Positions 8,344 to 18,175 are shown, counted from the first letter of the stretch. The stretch is DNA of 22,263 nucleotides from an uncultured archaeon (GCA_964388035.1 CAYLZE010000085.1:1-22263), one strand, 5' to 3'. Notes: generated from the letters alone by a model not told the origin. Made by a program: numbers and translations.

Positions 8344-10026
8344 TTAAATAAAAACTATAGTTTTCTGGATGTATTCTAAATAATGATTAATTTCTTTTTT
8401 TTTAGTATCTTCTGACCAAGAATACTCTCGAGCCATAATATCACCTACTACTTTTGTTGCTTGCTCTTGCTCTCTATGATCAATGAAAATGGCCATTTCA
8501 GTGCGCCTACAAAATACATCAATTAAATGAAGGGTTAACTCATGTTTTAAAGTGTAGAAAATTTCCGCTTTTATAAAATAATAATTATCAAGTATTTTTT
8601 CAGCAAGGGGGGGATCTTGCTTAATGAGCTCTAAAATTTTCAAAGCACCTCTTCCATATTGTTGATAAAGATGATCAGAAATCTTTTGCTCTAAATTAAT
8701 CCCACTTTTCTCGAGATTATTAACCCAATCCTCTTTATCAAGGGAAATGATGAATCTTTGTTTAGAAAAATTGCTCTCTCTATGAATATCGGAAAAAATA
8801 TTCGCTTTTTCAATTTCAAGAAGAAGATCTTCAGCCATGGCTCTCCATTCGGTTAACTTTCCGCCTGCAATAGTAAGGAGTCCATCATCAGAAAAAAATA
8901 TGATATGTTTTCGCGATATATCACTTTCAGATTTTCCTTTTTGCATTACTAAGGGACGTACTCCCGCATAAGTAGATAAGATGTTTTCATAGCTCAATTC
9001 TGCTTTGGGAAAGTAATATTTTACCGAGTTAATCAAATAATCTGCATCTTCTTTATTACAATAAGGATTGTCCAAATCACCCGAATAATCAGTATCGGTC
9101 GTTCCTATTATGGTAAATTCACCTTCCCGGGGCAATACAAAAAATGATCTATCATCTGTTCTTGAGCGGATTATCGTGGCCATTCTGTTTTTCACATGTT
9201 TTGTACGAAATTGAACGTGTACTCCTTTTGTAGGTCGAATTAATGGTTTTGGAATATCATCAGGATAACTTTCTAGTAATTTATCAGTCCATATCCCTGT
9301 TGCGTTGACAACTAATGTTCCTTTTATACGTAATTCTCGATTCTTTTCTAAATCCTTACATACCACCCCCACGATTTTTCCATTTGCTTTAATGTATTCT
9401 TCAACCTGACAATAATTAACAGCATCCGTACCCCGTATTACTGCTTCTTTTAAGGTTTCTAAGGTTAATCTTGCGTCATCCACGTTGTTATCGTAATACA
9501 CGGCACCCCCTTTATTACCTTCTTGAATGTACTCGGGCTCCATCTGATGAATTTCTTCTGCAGAATACCATTTATACTTTTTGAAGTTTTTGAATTCTTG
9601 ATCAGTATCGCTTAGAAAATCGTATATTTTACAAGCGCCTATGATATCTCTTTTTTTATACTTGTCCCCTTCTAATTCGACAAACAAGAAGGGTATGGGA
9701 CGAATCAAATTAGGAATTGCATAGCGCATCCAATTTCTTTCTGTACTAGCTGTTTTAACCAAATCCATGTCTCCATGAGATAAATATCTAATACCACCAT
9801 GTGCTAATTTCGAACTTCGAGAAGAGGTACCTCCCGCAAAATCTTGTTTTTCCAAAAGGGCGACTTTAAGGTTTCTCATTGCGGCCTCCCGAGCAACACC
9901 CGCTCCCGTAATTCCCCCTCCAATTATGATTATATCATAATTCATAGTTTGGAGTCTCTCAAATATTTTTTCTCTTGAATGGCAATTCCAAGATAATGAA
10001 AATAATTTATCTACTAATTCGCTCAT
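8344..10026 (-). CDS. glpD: FAD-dependent glycerol-3-phosphate dehydrogenase/oxidase (GlpD family)
   Basis: IIIGGGITGAG FAD motif, DFAGGTSSRSSKLAHGGIRYL, DDARL, VVNATGIWTD, PTKGVH, IGTTDTDY, YAGVRPL, GGKLT and C-terminal DVFCRRT. Confidence 0.95.
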   Translation of the reverse strand: MSELVDKLFSLSWNCHSREKIFERLQTMNYDIIIIGGGITGAGVAREAAMRNLKVALLEKQDFAGGTSSRSSKLAHGGIRYLSHGDMDLVKTASTERNWMRYAIPNLIRPIPFLFVELEGDKYKKRDIIGACKIYDFLSDTDQEFKNFKKYKWYSAEEIHQMEPEYIQEGNKGGAVYYDNNVDDARLTLETLKEAVIRGTDAVNYCQVEEYIKANGKIVGVVCKDLEKNRELRIKGTLVVNATGIWTDKLLESYPDDIPKPLIRPTKGVHVQFRTKHVKNRMATIIRSRTDDRSFFVLPREGEFTIIGTTDTDYSGDLDNPYCNKEDADYLINSVKYYFPKAELSYENILSTYAGVRPLVMQKGKSESDISRKHIIFFSDDGLLTIAGGKLTEWRAMAEDLLLEIEKANIFSDIHRESNFSKQRFIISLDKEDWVNNLEKSGINLEQKISDHLYQQYGRGALKILELIKQDPPLAEKILDNYYFIKAEIFYTLKHELTLHLIDVFCRRTEMAIFIDHREQEQATKVVGDIMAREYSWSEDTKKKEINHYLEYIQKTIVFI

Positions 10027-10126
10027 TTATTCTCACTTAGAATTAAATAATTAATATTTATTTAAATTAAGAATGGAAATTATTTTAAATTAATTTTTAA
10101 TATCTTTTTACTTGCCTCTTGAGCTA

Positions 10127-10936
10127 TTACACTGCAGTTAAAAATTTCCGGGTAGATAATCTAATTCCAATATACGCAAAAAATAAGGAAGTCAGGAATG
10201 CAAAGGGGAGATTTGCAATTATGATATAGGCGAATAAGGGTTCTGCCGAATAAAAATATAGGGTAATGACAACAATTACCAAAATGATAGAGCTTCCATA
10301 AGCGGGTTTCTGGTTTCCAATTAGAAAACCTAAAATAAAATTCGGAAGTATAAAAATGATTAATACGTTAGAGATGGCTAAAAATACTAGTGATGGCATG
10401 AAAATGGTAAAAATTTCGGTTTGACTAAATAATAATTGATTTAATTGAAAATAATTATAAAGAAATTGAGTGGCAATAATACTAACTAATAATAAGAAAT
10501 ATGACATCGGAGCTACAATTAACCATGATAATCCCATTCTTTTTCCGAATGAGGGTTGGACTTTTCCTTTTAAATTATTCATTACTAATATATTCATGAG
10601 AGTAGTATCTATTCTCTCTTTTTCATAATACGGAGAATACTCATCTATAAAATCCAACAAAATGTTTCTTAATACTTGATTAAGAAGAATATTATTATCA
10701 TTTGCATTTGCCACCATTGCACCTAATAAACATTCACGGGACATGGGCAATATAATTAATTTTTTATTTTCACCTAAATCAAGATGTTTTATTACACGAT
10801 TCAAAGCTTCTCGGCTGAAGTGCGTGATGGATGATAAAAATCCAACTAATAAATTAGTATCAAAACTAGTGCTGGTTAAGTTCTTTTCGTATAATAAAAC
10901 GCCATTTTCATTTATTATATATACACTATCTATCAA
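10127..10936 (-). CDS. Longin-like domain fused to ~4 C-terminal TM helices
   Basis: N-terminal MIDSVYIINENGVLLYEK (beta-beta), helix LLVGFLSSITHFSRE, three strands and helix LNQVLRNILLDFIDEY match the longin-fold pattern. Residues ~134-260 are hydrophobic. TTG start. Confidence 0.75.
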   Translation of the reverse strand: MIDSVYIINENGVLLYEKNLTSTSFDTNLLVGFLSSITHFSREALNRVIKHLDLGENKKLIILPMSRECLLGAMVANANDNNILLNQVLRNILLDFIDEYSPYYEKERIDTTLMNILVMNNLKGKVQPSFGKRMGLSWLIVAPMSYFLLLVSIIATQFLYNYFQLNQLLFSQTEIFTIFMPSLVFLAISNVLIIFILPNFILGFLIGNQKPAYGSSIILVIVVITLYFYSAEPLFAYIIIANLPFAFLTSLFFAYIGIRLSTRKFLTAV

Positions 10937-10981
10937 TTTTTCTCTTCTCGGGACTTTTAGTTAGTATTTTAATAAACTATC

Positions 10982-12763
10982 TTATTTGCCAATTGATTTT
11001 AAATTTTGGTGAATATATTCTAAATAATCGTCAAGATCAGCATTAAGTCTTTTAAAACTGTATAAATTTTGTCCAAATATTTGTATGAGTAATATTAACA
11101 AATCATCGGGATTCATTTGGGTATAGATTTTATACCGTTCATTCTTTCGATCCTCTATTATCACTAAAGATTCAAAGGTTCTTAATTTATTAATTTCTTC
11201 GGGATTAGGATTATTTAACTCAATTAAAACTAATTCTCCAGATTGAGGTAATTTTGCTCTATATTCTTCAATTGACCTAGTTTCAGTTGCCTTTTCAGTT
11301 ATAATAAGAATTTCATCGCATTCTGAAACAATTTCTTCTGGTCCATACAAAATGAATATCATGTGGAAAGATTTTTTGATATTTTTAATAAATTCATTGA
11401 ATTTGGCATACTCCATTCTATTTAAAAAATCGGGGGGTATTCTAAAAATAATTAAAGTAGAATATTGCAATAATGCTCTTGCGACGGAAAAGATCATGTA
11501 TTCTAATGAAGTTAACTCCTTTACTTTTACGTCCTTTTTAAGGATTAACCCCGTTACTTTTAAAATAATAGAGAGATTATCTCTTTTTTCCTTCCAATTC
11601 CTCAATATCCTATATAATTGAATTCTTTTTTCAAATTCTTCATAAATTTCATCTTTTAATTGATATAGTCCCGCATGCTTTATTGCATCTGTCAAAGCAA
11701 CTCGACGCTCCTTAAAGGGATTTGCAACTTGAATTCCCTTTTTTATCGCTCTTGCTAAAGTTAAATTTTCGGTTTTTTCATCAACTCTTGCGGGTAAAAT
11801 GAAAATTCTTTTTTTTTCTTGTTCTGAAAGTAATTGTACATGTTTTCCAAAAACCTTAATTGTTCCATTAAAATCCTCTTGTGAACCCCCTAAAGCTCTC
11901 ATTAATTTTAATAATTCTAAATTAAAAATATGTTCACTAATTTGGGTTGAATCATAATATATTCCTAATGATTCTCCCCTATGAACTTTGAAATTTAAAT
12001 TTTTAATCTTATCTGAAAGCATTATATCTTCCATGATTAAATGTTGAGAATCTTTAAAAAAACCCGATATATTAAGGCGATCAAGAATAACCTTAATTAA
12101 ACTATTCACAATTTCAGTAACATGTAAGGGGTGATTTTCATCCCATTTTTTGATGTTTTCTGTTTTTAAAAATTCATTTAATTTGATAATTCTGGATAAT
12201 GTAAGTGAAAATGTGATTTTTGGCAATAGAGGATAATTTTCAAAATTTATTTTAAGTTTCAATAAAAAGTGGGGAAAATACACCCAAATTTCTCTATTAT
12301 AAGGATTATTTTCAACGCTATAATTTTCATAATCTTCATTTAATAACGTGACTTCTTGTTCTAATACAGATAAATGGAAGCGATATTCGCTATTTATAGT
12401 TTTACTTAATCGATTAATAATTTTTAAAGGACTAACTAATCCATCATCATCAAAGTCAGGATTAAGGATTATTTGATTAATGTCGATTTCCGTTTCAATG
12501 GGAGTATATATTTTTAAGAGAGGCATGCCCTTATCCAATACATCCCTATTTGTAAAAAAAAGAACCTCTACATAACTTTTCTTATAAATCAAATTTAAAA
12601 TGGTAGATATACCAAATGTTCCTTCTTTATAAATCATCCAATACTTTCGTGAGACACGAATAGCTTCTAAGATCTTTTTTTGAATTGTATTTAATTCAAT
12701 TTGACGTTTGCTAATTGCTTCACCGTTATCATTCCTTACTTCTTTTTCTTTACTCATCGACAT
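10982..12763 (-). CDS. RWD/UBC-like domain fused to a degenerate (inactive) ABC ATPase
   Basis: aa ~135-226: EQEVTLLNEDY...KINFENYPLLPKITF...WDENHPLHVTEIVNSL. The ABC scaffold is visible (NLNFKVHRGESLGI, GTIKVFG, SVARALL, CDEILII), but Walker A, signature, Walker B and H-loop are all replaced. Confidence 0.72.
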   Translation of the reverse strand: MSMSKEKEVRNDNGEAISKRQIELNTIQKKILEAIRVSRKYWMIYKEGTFGISTILNLIYKKSYVEVLFFTNRDVLDKGMPLLKIYTPIETEIDINQIILNPDFDDDGLVSPLKIINRLSKTINSEYRFHLSVLEQEVTLLNEDYENYSVENNPYNREIWVYFPHFLLKLKINFENYPLLPKITFSLTLSRIIKLNEFLKTENIKKWDENHPLHVTEIVNSLIKVILDRLNISGFFKDSQHLIMEDIMLSDKIKNLNFKVHRGESLGIYYDSTQISEHIFNLELLKLMRALGGSQEDFNGTIKVFGKHVQLLSEQEKKRIFILPARVDEKTENLTLARAIKKGIQVANPFKERRVALTDAIKHAGLYQLKDEIYEEFEKRIQLYRILRNWKEKRDNLSIILKVTGLILKKDVKVKELTSLEYMIFSVARALLQYSTLIIFRIPPDFLNRMEYAKFNEFIKNIKKSFHMIFILYGPEEIVSECDEILIITEKATETRSIEEYRAKLPQSGELVLIELNNPNPEEINKLRTFESLVIIEDRKNERYKIYTQMNPDDLLILLIQIFGQNLYSFKRLNADLDDYLEYIHQNLKSIGK

Positions 12764-12771
12764 TTAATATT

Positions 12772-15700
12772 CTATTCCTCAATTTCAATTGTTCTATATC
12801 TAAAATATTCTTCCATTCGCGATTCTGATTGTGTAATTTTTTTCAGAACACCCTCACTAAAAATAGGTTTTATTTTTTCCTCAACTTGATTTAGAGTCAG
12901 ATCAGTAAAGATGGAATAATCAGTTCCGGCTTTGTCTTCTAAAGCTTTAGCTATGCCCTCAATATTATTCAGTTTCTCTAAAGCATTTTGTTGAATTTGC
13001 TTAAATGTCAATTGAATAGTCCTGCCTTTTCCCGGAAGTTGATCAAGGAGATCTTTAGGATCACCATAATCTATCAGACCTCTATATCTTCCAAAAATAG
13101 CAACTTTATCGCAAAATCTAGACTCTTCGGGATAATGAGTTATTATAATCAATGTGGTATTAAATTGCTCATTAATACGTGTTAAAGAGTGCCATAAGTT
13201 TTCTCTCACAATCGGATCGAGGCCTGAGGTGGGCTCATCCATCCAAACAATGATAGGTTCGTGAATAAGGGAGACTGCTATTGAAACACGACGCTTTTGA
13301 CCTCCTGAAAGATTTTTTACGAGCTCATTCATTTTATCTTCAATTTCAAGGGTTCTTAAAATTCTCCTTGCTCTTCTTCTAATTTCTTTTTCAGGAATTC
13401 CATATTGATTCCCAAAATATAATAGATTTTGGAGCGTAGTAAAATTCTGATAAATTTTAGATATATCTTGAGGACAGTATCCATAAATAGGACGAATTTT
13501 TTTTGCATACTTTCTCACATCCATCCCATAAATTTGTGATATACCTGTTGTTTTTCTCATTCCTAGTAATCCCTTGACAAATGTACTCTTTCCCGCTCCG
13601 CTTTCTCCTAAAACACCAAGAATTTCCCCATGAGTTAAACGCAATGAAACAGAATCAACAATTAATTTTCCTCCGGCATATATACTTAAATTTTCACAAT
13701 TAATGGCGGGAAATCTTTTTAAATATTCAATATTTAACTTGTCCCTTATATTTAAGATGGATTTTAGCCTTTCTGTTATATCAAAGTATGATAAAAAACT
13801 TAGAAATCCAATTATCCAGATAATCACAATTTCTGCAGCTAAAACAGAAAGTAATAATTGGTTCCAAGGGGTGGGATCAAAAGAGTGATCATATTTAAAA
13901 TTATTAATAATGATAATTCCAAAGGGACAGTTTCTTAAATCCCCGCCAAAATTTGGAACATCCCCCAATCCTCCCGTCTTTTTGCTGATGCAATTTAAGA
14001 ACCAAGTTAATAGAGTAGCCATATTTTCAGGTTGATATCGATAATCATACAATGCCTTGGATGCAAAATATGTAATAATAAAGTAGGAGATGCTAATTCC
14101 CGTAAATGTTGAAAGATCAGGTATAAGATTAAAACCACCATCTTCTAATTGGGCTAATTTTAAGAATTCTATTGAGGAAATCTTGGATAGAGGTTCTTCT
14201 TGAATTAATATTAATAATTCCAATCCATAATAAGTGGAAGTCACATCACTCTGAAATCCTAAAAATAATGGAAAACCTCCATCGGCACTTTGGCAAGATT
14301 TAATCCAGTTAGATAGAGATGTCATATTTATTTTATTGACTGCATCCAATATACTCAAAGCTGAATAGGCCCAATAGGTTGTTTCTACAGTCGAAATGTT
14401 GGTATTAACCAAATCTAATATGATGTAATAATAAGATCCAAAAAATTGGGAAAGGTATTCTGTATCATTACCTGCCTTAAACCCGCCGTCCGGATTCTGT
14501 AATTGAATTAAATAAATTTGCGTGGCTGTTCTATTTGGAAGCTCTATTTTTTCATAATCAAAAAAAATTTCATATAATTCCATGGCACAATAAGTAGAAA
14601 AGGTACTGGAATTCATTCCGGGGTGAGAACCAAAACCACCATCTCGAAGATTATAACAATCTTCCACGAACTTCCAAGTATTGTTAATATTAATTAAATT
14701 AGGTAATCCCGTGGAATTTCCTTCATATACGGCTAATGTACCCAAATAATTAGACTCAATAGTTATATCTCCAAATAAACCATTCGTAGCTTGATGGTCA
14801 TATAACCAAGAATAATAATTTAGTCTCACCTGATTGATTCGTTCTTTATAAACATCATCAAGCTGTGAGTTTTGTTCAAATAAGGTGATTGTATTCATAG
14901 CGGCCCATCCAGCTTTGAATGTTGAAGGATATTTATTTCCCTGTCTCACCCCAAATCCCCCATCCGTATTGTTACAATTCAAGACATAATCAAGTGTTTG
15001 AAATCTTTGCAATGGTGTAGATCCTATTTTATAGAGAGAAGATACACTGTAATAAGTTGATTTGACATCTGAATCTCCCCCAATTTCCATCGAATAACCT
15101 CCATCTAGCCGAGAATAACGAAGAAGATTGAAAAACGCAATTATTAATCCTTCATCAATTAAACTATAAGTTTGATTTAATTCTAAAAATGCCTTGATTC
15201 CATAATATGTACTTTCTGAAGTAGGAGATATCGTTGTATTGGTATAAGAATATCCTCCGAGATAAAAAGTTGAATTTATGTACGTTGAAAGATTCTGTTT
15301 AGAGATTATAGCTGGAAGCGAAAATTGTTCCGCCAATTTTATTCCACAATAGGTTGAAATGATATCAGAATCATTTAAAGAGGGATTCAATTTAAATCCA
15401 TACCCATGAGATTCTTGACTATTTTTTAGATATTGAATAATTTTATCAATTTTTCCTTCATCTATTTCGGGATCCAAGAATGATTTACCCATTTCATCTA
15501 TAGTAGCTACAACTTCATAGGTTGAAAAAAGATTACCTAATCCGTAAACATCAGAAAACGAACCATCATCATTTTGTTTTTCGAATAAATAATGAAAGAA
15601 AAAATATTTTTCATCTTCTTTTAATAAGGTATTTGAGCGGGGATCTATCAATTTGGATAGAATAAATTGATTACTTGAAAAGTTAATAGAGTTAATTGCG

Positions 15701-15957
15701 CTGTAAGTCGAATCAATATCCACTTCAATGAATAATCCCGATGAGGGATTTTTATGTGTTAGAGAAAAATATAACATTTCATCTTTAAGGTCATTAACTT
15801 GTTCTGTGGTAAAATATTGCTTATAAGGAGTATTAATTATCAATAATAGAAATAAAGGGGCGCTTAATACCACGGAGATAATTATGATTGTTCTTATTAT
15901 TCGTTTCGTTTTATAATTTATATTATCCCACCTCCTCTTTCCATTTGGTATTCCCAT
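12772..15957 (-). CDS. Membrane-anchored prenyltransferase/squalene-cyclase-repeat ectodomain fused to an ABC ATPase
   Basis: N-terminal TM, 12 Q-x-x-DGGF...STY-type repeats, second TM (~13857-13786), then GESGAGKS, GYCPQ, LSGGQ, VWMDEPTSGLD, ITH. The true start may be ATA at 15921. Confidence 0.88.
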   Translation of the reverse strand: MGIPNGKRRWDNINYKTKRIIRTIIIISVVLSAPLFLLLIINTPYKQYFTTEQVNDLKDEMLYFSLTHKNPSSGLFIEVDIDSTYSAINSINFSSNQFILSKLIDPRSNTLLKEDEKYFFFHYLFEKQNDDGSFSDVYGLGNLFSTYEVVATIDEMGKSFLDPEIDEGKIDKIIQYLKNSQESHGYGFKLNPSLNDSDIISTYCGIKLAEQFSLPAIISKQNLSTYINSTFYLGGYSYTNTTISPTSESTYYGIKAFLELNQTYSLIDEGLIIAFFNLLRYSRLDGGYSMEIGGDSDVKSTYYSVSSLYKIGSTPLQRFQTLDYVLNCNNTDGGFGVRQGNKYPSTFKAGWAAMNTITLFEQNSQLDDVYKERINQVRLNYYSWLYDHQATNGLFGDITIESNYLGTLAVYEGNSTGLPNLININNTWKFVEDCYNLRDGGFGSHPGMNSSTFSTYCAMELYEIFFDYEKIELPNRTATQIYLIQLQNPDGGFKAGNDTEYLSQFFGSYYYIILDLVNTNISTVETTYWAYSALSILDAVNKINMTSLSNWIKSCQSADGGFPLFLGFQSDVTSTYYGLELLILIQEEPLSKISSIEFLKLAQLEDGGFNLIPDLSTFTGISISYFIITYFASKALYDYRYQPENMATLLTWFLNCISKKTGGLGDVPNFGGDLRNCPFGIIIINNFKYDHSFDPTPWNQLLLSVLAAEIVIIWIIGFLSFLSYFDITERLKSILNIRDKLNIEYLKRFPAINCENLSIYAGGKLIVDSVSLRLTHGEILGVLGESGAGKSTFVKGLLGMRKTTGISQIYGMDVRKYAKKIRPIYGYCPQDISKIYQNFTTLQNLLYFGNQYGIPEKEIRRRARRILRTLEIEDKMNELVKNLSGGQKRRVSIAVSLIHEPIIVWMDEPTSGLDPIVRENLWHSLTRINEQFNTTLIIITHYPEESRFCDKVAIFGRYRGLIDYGDPKDLLDQLPGKGRTIQLTFKQIQQNALEKLNNIEGIAKALEDKAGTDYSIFTDLTLNQVEEKIKPIFSEGVLKKITQSESRMEEYFRYRTIEIEE

Positions 15958-16931
15958 TCTTTTTTTTCCTTTTCTTCCTCCTCTTGAATCCGTATTTGAA
16001 AGTATCTTCGGAAAGTTGCTCCATCCTTATTAAGTGACTTAATTTTAACATCGTTTTTTATAAGATAATCAACCAATTTTGGAAGCTCATCATCAAAATT
16101 ATTTAAAAAAACTTCCACTACTTCATTCCCTACTCTAATTATTTTATCCACGGGGTAATTCTTAAATATATTGATCTTAACTTGATTTAATTCATCGATG
16201 GTAAACCTAGCTAATTTACCTCCACTTGGAAGTGTAGATATTAATACTTGTGGATCCTCAAACTCCAATACTCTCCCTTCTCTTAGTATTGCTGCTTTAT
16301 CGCAAATTAAGGAGCATTCCATGTCATGAGATATAATGAACATGGTCGTTCCTAAATTCTGATTAAGTTTCTTTAGGTAGCTTAAAATATCATACCTCTT
16401 ACTTGCATCCACTCCCGTGGTGGGTTCATCTAGAAATAAAATTTCAGGTTCATGTATGAGACCTATTGCTATGGAGACTCTCTTCTTTTCTCCGCCACTC
16501 ATGTTATTTAAGGGTTTTTTCCACGTATCTTCAGGAATATCTAATATTTGAAAAAGATCGCTTGCTATTTTTTTTGATTTTTCTGTCTTCATGCCATAAG
16601 TTGATGCAAAAGTTTCAATATTAGCAAGCGGTTTTAAATCATAATAAAGATTGAGTTCTTCCAGCTGAGGAACATATCCTATGGAAGATAATATCTCTGG
16701 ATGATTGCGTCTTTTTGCCGGAGATAACCCCATTACTTGAATATTTCCACTCCAATGTTTCTTATTAAGCTGGCATGTAATTGCCCGAATGATTGTAGTT
16801 TTACCTGCTCCCGATATCCCGAAATATCCTATAATTTCACCTTTTTTTACCGAAAATGACACATCATGGATGATGTGCTTCTTTCCAAATTTCACATTTA
16901 AATTTTCCACTTCAATTACTATATCATTCAC
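15918..16931 (-). CDS. ABC transporter ATP-binding protein (ABC-2/DrrA-CcmA-like) with C-terminal regulatory domain
   Basis: GISGAGKT, GYVPQ, MSGGE, FLDEPTTGVD, ISH. GTG start preceded by gagga. Confidence 0.93.
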   Translation of the reverse strand: MNDIVIEVENLNVKFGKKHIIHDVSFSVKKGEIIGYFGISGAGKTTIIRAITCQLNKKHWSGNIQVMGLSPAKRRNHPEILSSIGYVPQLEELNLYYDLKPLANIETFASTYGMKTEKSKKIASDLFQILDIPEDTWKKPLNNMSGGEKKRVSIAIGLIHEPEILFLDEPTTGVDASKRYDILSYLKKLNQNLGTTMFIISHDMECSLICDKAAILREGRVLEFEDPQVLISTLPSGGKLARFTIDELNQVKINIFKNYPVDKIIRVGNEVVEVFLNNFDDELPKLVDYLIKNDVKIKSLNKDGATFRRYFQIRIQEEEEKEKKEWEYQMERGGGII

Positions 16932-17035
16932 ATGAATCCTCTAAAGCAGGTAATTTTATTCTCGCCTAGTTTATTTGCGATATAATTTAATTTTTAATTA
17001 AATTCCTCCATTAATTATTCTTTTTCCTAATTACA

Positions 17036-18175
17036 TTAGACCTCATAATCCTTTAGATAAAATATTATGAAACTAAGCGCGATGAATAATGCACTTATTC
17101 CTAATAAGCAATAAAAATCAAATCCAATCACAGATTTCCCTTTTGTCACGATCCCCATGATGAGGGGCTTTCCATGAGATAGAGGTAGCATGTATGCTAC
17201 AGCTTGCAGATATCTGGGCATTGCATCAATCGGAATAAAGATTCCGCTTAAGATAACGATTAAAATATAAAAAGCGAACATTAGCTGATTTGCTTCTGTC
17301 TTAGTGTTGCTGGTACAACTGATAAAGATTCCTATGGATAAACCTGAAAATCCGATCATAAATAATGCAATGAATAAATCGAGTGATGACCCTACTATGT
17401 AAAGTCCACCCAAAATACTCGAAATCATTAGGATTATAACTTGCAAAAACAAAATAGAAGAATAGGTAATAAATTTTGAACAAAGAATTTCATATTTATT
17501 GAGGGGAGTAAGTAAAAGTCGAGCTATGGGATGTTCCCTAACAACGACTAATATCGTAAGGACCAGACTTATTCCAAAAATTATCATGGGAAGCAATAAG
17601 GTAATAGCATTATTAAATTGAAAATTATAATTTGGAGGAATTGCAAATTCTTGATATCCAGCAATTTTAAATTGCGGTTTGAGATTATTATCTTTCACAA
17701 ATATATCTATGGAGTCTTGAACAGCATTGAGATAATCTTGAATTTTATCTATATTTGATGCATCGGGAACGCATTGAATTACAGCAGGATAACCCCAAGA
17801 TATCATCTCTGAAAAATCTAAGGGGATAACAATAATAACACTAACATTTCCTGCAAGTAGTTCATTTTGGGCTTCTTCCATGGCATAAATATCTTTAGAA
17901 GCATTATAAAATTTAACTAATTCCAATTTTTGGGATTTATTTACCGCATTCAAATAAGGAATCGTATAATTATCTATCTTATATTCTGTATAATCATTAG
18001 GATTGAGAAAGGAATTAGAATCATAAGAAATTACAATGGTCTTAACTGGAATGGGATTTTCAGCGGATTGCATCGAAATATACGCAAAAAGCGTGACGAT
18101 GAGAGGTGGGAGCGCTAATGCAATGAATAAGTTATAAGGATCTGTCCGTAATAGTCTAAATTCCTTTTTTATCAT
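17036..18175 (-). CDS. ABC-2 type permease with extracellular domain (YbhR/YbhS-like)
   Basis: KEFRLLRTD, TM1, ~150 aa ectodomain (VIIVIPLDFS, DASN), then 5 TM with LSGIFIPIDAMP...YMLPLSHG. The reading frame stays open upstream to 18265, so the real start is probably earlier (ATT 18259). Confidence 0.92.
   Translation of the reverse strand: MIKKEFRLLRTDPYNLFIALALPPLIVTLFAYISMQSAENPIPVKTIVISYDSNSFLNPNDYTEYKIDNYTIPYLNAVNKSQKLELVKFYNASKDIYAMEEAQNELLAGNVSVIIVIPLDFSEMISWGYPAVIQCVPDASNIDKIQDYLNAVQDSIDIFVKDNNLKPQFKIAGYQEFAIPPNYNFQFNNAITLLLPMIIFGISLVLTILVVVREHPIARLLLTPLNKYEILCSKFITYSSILFLQVIILMISSILGGLYIVGSSLDLFIALFMIGFSGLSIGIFISCTSNTKTEANQLMFAFYILIVILSGIFIPIDAMPRYLQAVAYMLPLSHGKPLIMGIVTKGKSVIGFDFYCLLGISALFIALSFIIFYLKDYEV

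Noticed and set aside
10982-12763. Pseudogene or active E2 enzyme
   Set aside because: The frame is intact with tight coupling to neighbours, and the UBC-like region has no Cys.
13870-15830. Annotation as active geranylgeranyltransferase or squalene-hopene cyclase
   Set aside because: Catalytic motifs are not visible, the region is predicted extracellular, and no recognisable prenyltransferase alpha subunit is in the operon.
16984-17004. aatttaatt-ttt-aattaaatt inverted repeat
   Set aside because: Purely A/T 9-bp arms, plausible by chance at this base composition.
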